Shown: one piece after another, positions 13,186 to 25,900 of the stretch
Layout of the letters: the number at the start of each line of letters is the position of its first letter
Numbering within the stretch: position 1 is the stretch's first letter
Assembly (NCBI RefSeq): GCF_964275005.1
Contig: NC_092705.1
Span: forward strand, 4,030,001-4,092,000
Reading direction: 5' to 3'
Length of the DNA stretch: 62,000 nt
From: Diadema setosum
Lineage: Eukaryota
Made by a program: the position numbers and the translations under genes
Notes under the pieces: model-generated
Seen by the model: only the letters and a program-made list of their open reading frames with translations
Database searches by the model: none
What the model was told of the DNA's origin: nothing

Positions 13186-15370
13186 GTAACGCTGAATTTG
13201 TTAATGTATCTGATCTTGTCTCTACTTGTTTGCTTGGTATCTTGAGCCCTTTTCTCGTTAAAGAGATTGACAAGTAACGGTGCATGTTTGTGATGGAGTT
13301 ACGGGACGTCGCTTGGAGTAGAAGCTGTTCGAGATGATGGTGACAGTCGGAGCGATGATGATAGTGGTGACTGGGATGATGATGAGTTTGCAATGTTAAA
13401 AATACTGACTGTCATAATTTTGTGATTTTAATTATACTGTCGATCCATTAGTATCATGATTTACTTATTTGTTACGCTTTACGGTTGATGTAGATATCCA
13501 GTTGACGCTGTAATCAGTTGTCTATCCTCATTCTTTTCTCAGACTACGTTCGTTTAACAAATTATGAAAGATCTTAAGCTCAACGTGGTAAATACAAAAT
13601 AAAAAAAAAAGTCGTTATTTGTGAAGATCCACGAAATATTGTGTGTAGTCTGAGCTTACTGATAGCAGTGTGAAGGATGGAAGTTCAACGCATGACCCAA
13701 TTTGTGCGTGCGTCTACATGGCAACAGTGTAACGTCAACCCACACATGATTGTGAGTGCGGTAGACTGTAATACTTTAATTATGTTCAAAAGCAATAAAC
13801 AACACTCTATGTAATAATCCAATATATGATATATTGATATCACACCTCAATATATACCCCTAAGATTAACTTTGAAATAAGTGTATCTGTTTTGTTCTTA
13901 CTTTGGAATTATCTTTCTTTTTGAGCCACTTGCTTTTTTTGAGAGAATAACGTTGTTCACGATTCTTCTTCTTCTTCTGATTAAGTCTGCCTCCTTCAAT
14001 AGACTGAAGATTCTTGCAGACTGTGCTATTTACATTATAATACCATTTATTTACAGATATTTACAAGCACGTAGAAAATTTGACGAAAATAACCAGCCAC
14101 TTTGATCAACCGTTAGACGATTTCGAAATGATCCCACAGATGGCGCTGAAACAATTTCTGACGACAGGGAATTCCAATTCCTTACAGTTAACTGATATTA
14201 GGTATTATGCTATCTGCGATCGCGCGAACATATCCACATACAGTACATTGAATTCTTGTTGGGTTTTTTTTTCTTTCTTTCTTTTTATGATGGTATTCAA
14301 AACACTGTTCTGATATACACAATCTTGACCATATAGTGCGTGTATCGAAATATTTTCGGTCTGCTCTCGATCAATTGTTCAAGATACATTGCCGTGTACA
14401 GTAGGCCTATCTGTCAAAATTCTCTCGACTCTTGGGCATGTACATATCATATGGGGGTAATCTATACCTACTCTTTTCAATATACATTTTCATTTTTTTT
14501 TTCATGAAGTAAAAAGAAAAAGGAAATGTAATTTCAGTTGGTCTGCATAAGATGTGAATGTTTATGTATGTTATGCTATCTTTGTATCGACTGAGTTCCA
14601 TTGTATTTTGGTAGGTCTCTATGTCCTTGAAATGTTGGTGCAGTAGCAATAGGATACGATAATGCTTGCGTACATACATGCTTAAATGTGGCAAACACTG
14701 TACATGCATGTTTTCTTAAAGCCTTATGACAATTTATGTCATTTCATTTCACGTATATTTCATAGTCTAATGTTTTCCGTTCGAAAGTTATCAATGTCAT
14801 CACATGATAAAAGCGATGCGGCCGTGATAATGGCGCCTGCTATTTTTTTTTTTTATTACAAGCTGCTAAACTCGCTTTAATTTCATCGAGACGTCGCGTG
14901 AGAGCAAATCGGTGACGATGTTTCAATAACCTTGAATGAAGGAGAATGAAACAGTTGTTATGCTGTTATCAGACCCACACTTTATTTAAGTATTGTCGAG
15001 ATGCGTTATGATACTAACAACCAACCCAACAAAATAATAAAGAAGATGCTGTATCTTCATAATATCATGTACAATACGGAACGAGACGCAAGCACCGAAC
15101 AGCGTAGTTTGGAGATCTTATGTCATTGAGCTATAGAGTGATTTACCATCAACCAACCTAACAAATAATGGAGATGATCCTGTATCGCCATAGCAACGTT
15201 TACAATCAACGAGGTACCTCCTTCGTATACAATACTGTACTTAGTACGACAAGAGACGCAATTAAGCACCAAGCAAAGGAATTTGATGATTTTTTTTTTT
15301 CAAGTAGAGACCAATTGTTACGAATACCTTTAATCGTTACCACTTTCCCAATTGTATAATTTACAGGACA

Positions 15371-15605
15371 ATGCAATCAAGTAACATAGTCATCACACCA
15401 GCCCCGAGGCGGTGGGACGGGGCCAGACGAAGGCATCCATGGCGACATCGGGTTGGACTAGGGGGACGAGACAGGAGTGCGAGGGGCTCGCTCGACCGGC
15501 CGTGGTTGACCCGAACGGCGGTGTTGCTGGCCGTTTTTCTCATCTCAACCCTCCTGTACATCACATCTAGCGGGGAGACAGGAATCTCTAACACCTATGA
15601 AACAG
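15371..15605 (+). CDS. SLC24A: NCKX coding exon 1 (Arg-rich N-terminus + TM0/signal anchor)
   Basis: Acceptor ttacag|gaca just before ATG 15371; hydrophobic [16 protein letters not shown]; donor ag|gtgagg at 15606, phase 1, fits the next exon. Confidence 0.8.
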
Positions 15606-16787
15606 GTGAGGCCCTTAACAAGGGGGGATAAGAATGTTACGTGGTATTGTAAGAGATTTGGGGTGGGGTGGAGTGGTAGGTGAGGGTTGCTATATGTGGT
15701 GGAAATGGAAGGGGGAACAGAGAAACGTATTGCAGAAATAAAGGGAGAGAAGAAAGACGAAGGATGGTGCCTGATGGAGTTAACGAGGAGATCCTGAGAA
15801 GGGGAGGAAACTAAGCAAAGGAAAAACGAGAAACGGAAATTAGAATGAAGGCTTATTGGGAGGAGGAGGGGGAGGAGAATTTGACACTTTAAGGAAGACG
15901 AGGATAAGCGGGAAGGAGACTTCAGCTGCGAACTGAGACAAGGGTACTATAAATGGAACGCGGGGAGAGGAAAGCGAGATGAATAATGAGAAAAGATAGC
16001 TGGTAACTGGAATTGGGATCAAGGAATTTCACGTACTCGTTATGTTGTGATCATGACGTTCACAACACCTTCTGATGAGTGCACATCGTCACCCACTTTT
16101 AGATGGATAGAAAATAAAGAGGGTTATCATCTTCCTTCTCTTATTTCCTTTGTGCAAAAAGAAGTGGCGACAAGGAAAAAGGACTCGTCTTGATGCCGAT
16201 GTCATTACGTCTAACCCTTCGTCTGTAGCTGTCAATTCCTATAGCTACATGGGAGTGTGTTCCCCCCCCCCCTTTCCTCCTCCTCCTCCTCCTCCTCTTT
16301 AGCATCTTTGATACCTGGTACACCTTGAGCATTATGCTTCCTCAATGTGACGCACTCGAAGGTCGGATGCACGTCGGCTGAGAAGCAGCCCAAAACAACC
16401 CAGAATTAACAGCACAAACCGTAATGGAGGTGGGAAATATAATTGATAAATTCATCCGGTCCTCTCCTCCCGTCACCTGCTTGCAAGACGCCGCAGCAGC
16501 CGCACGATGCACACTGAAGGCTTGCCCCATAATCACATTATAAGTCGCGCCAGAAAATGCAGGGCGCGAGAACAAAATGACGTGGGAGAAATGTGGCGTT
16601 CACACCAGCTCTCAACATCTTGCAACATCACCAACTGAGTGGTAACAAATCATAACTGCATTTGTTTGCAAACTAGGGCAAGCCAACATCACGTTGATGA
16701 TGTAGCTGTTTTACTCTACCTTGCCAAAACTAAAAGTCGTTCCAAACTAAACAAAACCAAACCAAACTGAACCAAAAAAACAAAACA

Positions 16788-16818
<31 letters not shown>

Positions 16819-19800
16819 CACACATTAAGCATCACTTGTATCGTGATCACTTCACACACTATATACTATCACGGTAAGTATACGTCATGTTGACGAGCAT
16901 TCGCAACGGTGGTTGATTCTGGGGGCAAAATTCATTCTGACTTTGCAGAACAAGCGTAACAAGCCCCAAGACTTTTTGAAAGCAGCTAGACATTAACTGC
17001 GAGCCAATTAGACGAGAATAAGGGGATCGTAAGGAATGAAGTCCCACATTTTCAGCATATAATGTGAATTCATCTTCGAAGGGTCCCTCGAGAATTGTCT
17101 GTTCGCTGGCAAGCGAGAAAGCAATTAAATTCACGCGGAATCAGCAAGGCTTCGTAATCGAGTTTTAGCAAGACAAGCGAACGAAGAACATTAACCAACA
17201 TCTGAGTAACTATAGAGATGAGATGAGAAAGTTGTGAAATGCTTATACGAAGACCATTTGCTCAGACACACACTGCCAGGAGGGAAGTTTTTTGAGCTGA
17301 AAGTTAAGCGGCAAAACGGATTAATTCTTTTCTGGAAATTTCCCTAACTTTCAGTTACAATCAACAGATCAGTGAACTTTTTGGCTAACTCCTGACGGCA
17401 TGTCGCCGTTGTTCTTTTGGCCATTCTTTAATTATTTTACGTGACGCCATCTTGCCTTCTCTATAACTTCACCGTGCCTTTCAGAAATTATTGTAGCTGT
17501 TACATACATCTCAAACTAAAGAAGAATAAGAAGTAGAAGCAGAGTGTGATGGACAATAATTGCCAATGTATAGATGATAAAATTCGTGTCTGAAGCTGAC
17601 GGTCAATCATCGATAGAAAAGTCAGAAGCCATTGGCCTTCGTCGCCATGTTTGTGCGTGTGTCACGTCTGAACCATTTCATCAACGCCTGATGTAAATAT
17701 TTCGCAAGGTTGCCATAGAAAACCTTAATGTCACTCCACGAAAACACGAGTATCGTTGTGTCTCCGGACCTTGCTGGATGACAACTTTTTAGCCAACAGA
17801 GCTGATTTGAGTCGAGGTACATGATGAAGAACGGAACAAGAATAATATATTTGGACAGGAATTTGTGCTCGCAGCAATACTTATTTCGGCACAGGGACAA
17901 AATGGAAGCAAAATTCTCCTGCTGTATCTTACACACAGGACCACCTTCCATTACGCCCCCGTCGATCAATACTTTTCTCAATTATTTAGGATTAGATGGA
18001 CAACCCCCTTTCGCTCCTTTGCTTCAATGCGATCTGAGGCTACTGGCCTGGCGGCGAGTGCCATTATGTGAAGCTTGGGCCTATGTCCACCGAGTAGTTT
18101 CGGCCAATTGTGGGATGCGTGCCCGCCTGAAGGGTTCTTCTCCGTGTAAAACATGTTAAAGTTGCAGAGTGGTAAGACAGACAAAGGAATCTAACGGAGC
18201 TTTGTCCTTCGATTTTGGGGCTTTGCTCCCGTCCTAATCCATCCGGATGAATGGGTACGGAGGTTTCGAACCTATTCTTTCCTTGTGGCTTTGTTATAGA
18301 TCGACGGCGTCGAATAGGTAATGAAGGGTTTCGGCAACTCCGCTCTCCATTGACTTGTATAGTAGGATCGCCCCCGTTCCCTGTTCTAACTCGGAGGGAG
18401 CCGAATATGCCTAGTTGTGAGTCTCCCTCAACGAGACTTAACCTTGCGAAGTCCTAAAAGCAAAGAAGCTACTTCATGCTTCATGGCGGACGGACTTGTC
18501 TGCGCGCCTGACTAGTGTGGCGACTGTCGATTGCTCGTCCTCACTGGGGAATTTCGTCTAAGCAGTAGGGAGGTTCTCCCTCCTTTCTGCTGAGAGGATA
18601 ACAACCCTCCTTTTAATCCTTGCTAAGCCTTGTTTATAGATCGGACTTCGCACGTAACCGTGGACCGTTACCTGAGTTGTGATCAACACTCGGGGAAGCC
18701 ATCCTAATGCGGAGGTGAGAATCTCGGAATGTGGCTTCCCCTGTGTATTCCATCTTGCTGAGATGCTATAAACGCTCCTTGTTTTCGTTACGGGTGACCT
18801 TTTTTCTTAGAACAGGGGAGCAAAACAAATACCTATCAACGCGCACTCTCAAAGGACTGATCTATCCAAACAGATCGGCGACGAAGTGCTTTGTAAGAAA
18901 ATTAACAAGTTTGAGAACGTTTTTGCCAATTTATAGAGGAGTCCAACCCCAACTCCGCTTGCTCTGTTGTCATATTTCACGAACGTTCATCAACTTTACA
19001 TGAAGACTTTGCGTTATCTATGTACATCGAACGTCTGAGACGTACGGATTGTCCTTCTCTTTAGGATTCGTTGGCAGTGCATGCAAACCATTTCTTGTTT
19101 TCTTGTTTTCCCCCTTTACAAAGATTTTTTTTTTTATCCACTTATTTTGTAGAAGAGAGGAAAATCAGGTTTCCCCTTGGGGCAGAGCGTGAGGTATGAA
19201 CACATCGACTGCGTTTTCAAATAATAATGTTATGGCGTCTCGGAGTGATGGAGAATCACTCATTCTCACGTGGGCTGCAATGAAAAATGAAGCGATGATG
19301 ATGATGACAAGTGAGTTCTACATGTTTTTGTGATTTTTGCGGGTTTTTTTTTTTTCCTTCTTCCCTGTTTGGTGTTTGCTAGTTGCGTTTATTGATTATG
19401 TTTTCGCCAATAGAAGAAGCGATATTCAATAAACTGTTAAGGATGACGGGTATCAACGACAGTTCGTCGGAAAATGTCGGTCGCGCTCTAGCCATGATGG
19501 CAAACCAGAAATATAACTGCATTAGCGTGACAGATGTTTTGAATTCTGCGCAGACAAGTAGGGCATGTGAAAAGTACCAGCAATTTATATTCCTCAGCAA
19601 TCCAAAATCAACGTAGTAGAATAATGTCAGCTTTAGAAGGGCAGTGTAGAACCTAGGAGTTGTCACAGAACATTGATAACTCCCATGTAAGAACCGTAAC
19701 CATTCTGATAGATTGAGACATCCCAACTCGGGTTATTCTGGCGCTGCACAGTTCATGTGAGCCGGCATTATGTTTTTCCATTTTGTTGGGATGAATTTTG

Positions 19801-22800
19801 ATAATGCCCTAGCGAAGAGAAAAGGGAATGAAGATTTGGGGGGGGGGGGGGTCCAGATTTTACGGAGGCAGTTTCAAGTGATGTATTATGTAGGCTCTAC
19901 AAGTATACATGTACAGTATCCGACGTTACGTATATTATGTTACAGTACATAGCACCTCTGTGCAAGGCCTCTAACTGTTGAAATGATCGGAACCACTAGC
20001 CCATTGGAGGATTCTTCGATTGGTTTTCTCAGTAGCATAATTTTAAATCGTTTTTCATCGCTACAACATAACTGGCTTTGTAAATCATTGTGATATGTTT
20101 GATTTGATTTATGCATTAATTTTTTTTTTATCACTCTGTATGTATGCTACACTGTTTTATCTATGTAATAACTGATGGTGTGTTTTTAATAATTATTTAT
20201 TGGACCCCTTTTAAATTCAGCGCCTGCAGAAAATGCTTGCAACACAAAAGTGGAAAATAATTTCATATCACATCATAATCATAACGACGACTTGGGGTAG
20301 TGACAATTTCAAAATACTTGCCTCACATCATGGGTCAAGATAGCTTTACAGAAATAGAATAAAAAGCACATTGATGGAACCGGAGAGGTTAAATCAAAAT
20401 TGGATGTGGCCTAAGAACGCCAGGAAAATTTGCACTTTCGCACTGCCTCCACCAAACAGTAATATCATCAGAGTAATCGAATGTTGTGATATAATCACCT
20501 CAGTCACTACTATAGTCTCCCATTGACGTATTCACAAATCATCACCAAATTCTGTTTTTATGACATGAAATCAGAAGGCAAAAAAAAGGTGCACTCTACA
20601 AAGTACTAGAAAACGACGGACCAAAAGTAGCGACGAACCATGTATTGACATTAAAAGAAAGATATGAATATCATGTTTTTTCCCTTCAGCGCTTGTTCAG
20701 TAGAAAACTGGTGATTATAGATTTTGTGCGCGGAGATAACAATGCCAGAAAATCAATAAATACCGTCTAGTTGATATTGATGTAACTTCATGCGTGCATT
20801 ATTATTGTCATGCCTTTCCGATGTAAAGTATCCAGGGCATTTACTCTTTCATTTCTTTATTGTTATTCTTCCCTTTCTTGGACAACAGCTCGCACAGATA
20901 TAAAATCAGTGTTTTTCCTTGAACAGAAGAATAATAGACACCTACAGTCAGCCTTGCTTAAGTCGACCTTGCATAAGTCGGCAGTCCAAGTAGATTCGAC
21001 TTAGGCAATGTTGACTGTATTTTTTTTTTTCAGATGATGCAAATGATACTCTTTTGATGATTGATATTGTAGGTTTATGGATATCTTTCGTAACTTCGAT
21101 CTGCGAAGCACTGCCAGTAGTATTTTTATAACAAAAGTGGATTCTTCTTCTTTCTCGTTATCTCACAGACACCCACTCGGGCAGACATTTGCTGTCAAAC
21201 TCCTCTCACAACAAGCCTGCCTGGGAACAGTGCGATTATGAGAAGGCCCACTTGCCCGGGCTGTGGGTGGCATTCTACGCTTTTGCCGTCATTATCTTGT
21301 TCATCGGTAAGTTAAAACAAAACAAAACAAAAAACAAAACAAAGCAAAACAAAATCATTTTGTTGTCTTTGATTTGGTATATCATTTTGTTCAACTCCAC
21401 TGTTTAAAGAATATCCTCCTTCCCACAACTGGCTGTATACCAAGTGAAAATATATCGAAAGAAATGGAGGGTGAGACAATCGAATGGCAGGTAAGCCTGT
21501 ATCAAGTGTAAGGATTACAATCATAATATTTTACAAATTCTAATAAAAAGGGGTATGCATTCAGAAAGCTAAGAAAAAAAAAGAGAAACAAGCGGAAGAA
21601 AGTGAACGACATTGATTAAAGATAATTGGATCCAGACAATATAAGAATGTCAGTGAAAGAAAGTTGAACACGAAAATCTAGGCAACTCAATCCCAAACAA
21701 ACAAACAAGCAAAGAAGGGGTTTGTAACCACTTTTGTGTTTAAAACTGGAGTTGGCCAATTTTTATTGCATTACGCGAGTGCGTTATTTCAGTCTCGCTG
21801 CTTTGCGTTTTAAACGGCATTGCCGATGGACAACGTATGGAAAAGGGGGGTATTGCCAGATTGATGTTTTCTTTATAACCAGGACAACTCGACTCACATC
21901 CAGTCTTTTGTAGTTAAAGACACTTAATTCTCATTCATCCTTCAGTCCTCTTTAACTCTCTGAGATAGGCACGTTAAGATTTCGTAAGCAGTTTATATCC
22001 CCCTCCATTCTTATAAGCGCTTCACAGTGAATTATCAGAACCGCGCTTCTTCTGAGGAGGCCTCGAGGCACATTTAGTTGTACTTCTATTCATCATTGTG
22101 TCACTTGTCTGAATAGGGAGACATTTCTTGATCTTTTCAATCTTTTCAACAAAGATTAAAGATGACAAATGCCTTTATTCACTATGTGCAATCGCATCCA
22201 GATACATATGCACGACGTGTGTAAACAGCAAAGATCAGCGTAGCCTTTCGGTAGTCTTTCAAAATAATCTTAAGTAGGCATTTAGAGCGAGGCTCTGATT
22301 GAAAAGAATTACAGCGGAGTCTCTCACTATGGCTCCCCCACCCCGGTCCATCTAACCTTGGTTGTCATGGCGACGGATTATCTTCTCTCTCTCTCCTCCA
22401 GCTATCGCCATCATCTGCGATGACTTCTTCGTGCCATCTCTGGAGGCTATTTCGGAGAAGCTCGAGCTCTCCGAGGACGTCGCCGGGGCCACTTTCATGG
22501 CCGCCGGCTCGTCGGCTCCGGAGCTGTTCACCTCCGTAGTCGGGGTCGCCTTCGAGAGCGATGTCGGCGTCGGGACCATCGTGGGCTCGGCCATGTTCAA
22601 CATCCTGATCATCATCGCGCTCACAGCTGCTTTGGCCGGAAAGGTCAGTAATGAATGCCCAATGTGGGCGCATAAATAAAAATGTCAATTCGGTGATAGT
22701 TTTTGAGTCAGTAATGAAAGGTGTCGTTGACGGTTTCGTTTCTCCGAACGATGCGTGGAGCCCACTTTTCTCATACACTCCTTGCCGTTTCTATCTTATT

Positions 22801-22937
22801 CTGAGACCGAACGTGATGATCTCCCTGTACACACTAATCTTCATAACGAACCCTCATTTTCCATTCATTCACTCTTTCTCAGTGATATCATGAGCCTTTA
22901 GGCTTCCTGTTGCATAAAATGATTAAGAAGAACAAAC

Positions 22938-22973
<36 letters not shown>

Positions 22974-25900
22974 AACATGCATCCGGAGTAACCTTGTAAT
23001 TATTAAATAAAAGCAGCAGTGAAAATGAAACTGTTAATATCAATACACGTGTACACTGATTTTTTAAATAGTGAAAAATCAATATTCTGCTATGCATTAC
23101 TTCAATGCGTTCTACATCTTGATGTAACCGGAATCTCAGTCGATGTGCTAGCACTTCCATTACGTTCTACAATTCCCTCTCATGAAACGTAGAGCATTAA
23201 CGTAGAATAATAACTATGTTGTTGCAGCAATTGATGTCATTCCTGTGTTAGTGAAGGTGTTCACTCAGTCCGTTTACTTTGCAGTCTATTGCTTGAACAA
23301 CAGTTCATTCATTCCTCATCACTGCGAGAAGGATATGCACGATTAACGAATTAGTACCTGTATGTCTTTTTCGCTCATTCATTTTCGCCATTTCTCCCTC
23401 TCGCCTCCAGGTCTTGAATCTTGACTGGCGCCCTCTAGCGAGAGACAGCATCTTCTATCTGCTCTCCATCGCGTGTTACATCATTTTCTCGTGGGATGTC
23501 TACATCACATGGTGGGAGGCATTATTGCTCCTCATCCTCTACATCATCTATCTCGTCCTCATGAAGTTCAACCCTAAGATCATGGCAGCGACGGATCACA
23601 TAACCTGGTGAGTGTACACAATAGAGTATAGGCCTTATACACAGCTGCTGTGCACACTCCAAATCCGATTCGGGGTCCCGTGGCCGCCTGCATGAAATCG
23701 TAGAGGGCGCTCGTACGGAAACTCGTTAAGTGTCGTATATAAAGAGCTCGTTTTTCGTTGTCTAGCATCAGAAGGTCGTTGTATGCTCATAATTGTAATC
23801 ATTAAACAGTGAATAATCGGTGATTATTGACGTCGATAAAAGGCAATTTGTCAATCAGTTGCAGCAAATAGGAATAGTCTTTTTTTTACTTCTTAAAAAG
23901 AGTTTAGTTCAGGAGATTTTCAAAAAAGATTTTCTCTTTTAGCCGGAAGAGCTGTATGCCATCCACTGTATGCCATCTCCCCCCTGAAGAAAGCAAAATG
24001 TAGCCTTGCAGTGTGACATAACTGCGTTGTGTAAGTTCGAATGATCAGAATCTGATAGTTTGCGGAATCTCCGGGATGAACGCTTGAATGCATGCATATG
24101 AGGGTGATGGTAGATTAAAATAAAAGGGGTACGTATAGTTACCCACCCCCATTCTGTCAACTTAAGCTTTTTAATACCCAATGAGTCTGAGTTTAAGTGT
24201 TAAGCTTGTCGGATGGGGATTTTCTACAAAGTTATGACCTTGTTTTATTCATATCAATGAACTCTACCTCTCCTGTTGCCATGGCAGCGGAGGATTCTGT
24301 CGAAATGACGTGGCCCCCTTGGACGAGGAGGCAGCGGTGGAGCAGACTCCAGAGGCAGTCCAAGCACAACCAGCTGAGGGGAACACCGCCGAGACAACGG
24401 CGGAGCAGAAGGGAAACGCCCTACCCCGCAAGCTTCCACCTCTACAACATCCAGCAAACGCGGATGTGGTACGTTTATCAGTCTGTTCATTTACACGCGC
24501 CTAGGCCCCAGATTGTTGAAAGAGTGGCACTGCCTAAATTAAGTCTGTCGGAGAATGCATAAGTGCAAGGATAGAAAACGATAAGATTTAATTGACGGTT
24601 TCTAACTTCACTCATGCTCTCATCGATATTTGAAATATAGCTTTTCGTCTTCCATTAATTTTCATTACGTGGGTTGCAAAATATCGAAGGTATACCGTGG
24701 TTACATTGCATAATAATCCATTCATAACATAATGACATTACTTTTGTTCTAAAGAGAATGACGAGAATTTCAATCAAAGCAGTGATTACCTCTAGACTAA
24801 AGAATGATTAAAACTTTGAAATTAAGCTAAGTCAGTCATGCAGTGGCCTAGATTGCCTCATGTGATTTAGTTTTCAGCGATGAAATCTCACCGTTCCAAA
24901 ATGTTCGCAATTATTATTTCTTTCCCCCATACAGGACAGGAAAATATCCGTGCTATCCAGTGCCTCCACCACACTCGCCGTTCCCAACGCCAACAACAAG
25001 CACATTTTCCACCACGTTAAACATGGCGAGCTGTCATCCAACTTCGTAAGTCCCATGCGAACTTAGTCTCTTTCAGTGCGTTTTATGTTTATTTTTATTA
25101 ACTTTCTCCAATGAGAAACACAATAATATTTATAGAAGTCATTATTGTTCTTTTCCGCCTATGGCTCGAAGGTGTCACGAGACTGAATGATGTGTTGGTG
25201 CCATAAAAAGCCAAAGTGAATGTACATACTCTGTGAAACATTTGGCATTGGTTAAAAAAAAAAAGATAAAGAAAAGAAACCTTCTTTTTGACACGACATG
25301 ACTAGATGATGATAATGATATTGGCTATTCTTTCCAGAGTTAGATGAAGCGTAAATGTGCGATACCATGGACATTATTTTAGTGGCTGCCCATGTAGTGA
25401 TGTACCGATGTACCGATGTGTTGGCTCAGTGAGTAGAGCGTCTGCCCTCACAATCGGGAGGTCGTGGGTTCAAACCCCGGCCGCGTCATACCAAAAGACG
25501 TTAAAAGATGGGAGTTGCTGCTACTTTGTTTGCTGTTCAACAGTTGAAAAGGTTAGAGCAACGTCGATCTGGCGCTGCTCAGTGGCTGCCGGGCCCACGA
25601 TCAATTGGGCAAAAAGAATTTCCATTCTTGGACAATAAAATTTGGAGTTTATATCCAAAACAATTATTATTATTATCATTATTATTATTATGTAGAATAG
25701 ATATGCGTGTTATAGGATGATGTTTTCATTCGTAAGGTTATCGACTTTATCTTAGTGGATTTAATGTTTCACGTCGTTCGACATTCAGGAAATATTTTGT
25801 AGCATTTTGTAAACTACATAGGGAACAGAAAGTTATTCTTTAATATCATTTTTGACAGAATTCAATTATCCAAATTAATGTAACTTTTGTTTTTCTCATT

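Noticed and set aside
19383..19616. Extra exon in NCKX intron 1 after a strong pyrimidine tract
   Set aside because: No similarity to NCKX and no convincing donor; exons 1 and 2 already join in frame.
22352..22778. Antisense ORFs over NCKX exons (also 26180-26558, 27316-27633, 31199-31543) and + ORFs over TNFSF exon 1
   Set aside because: Shadows of GC-rich coding exons with no independent features.
25412..25490. tRNA gene
   Set aside because: It continues into a SINE body and (ATT)n tail; the acceptor stem is degenerate.
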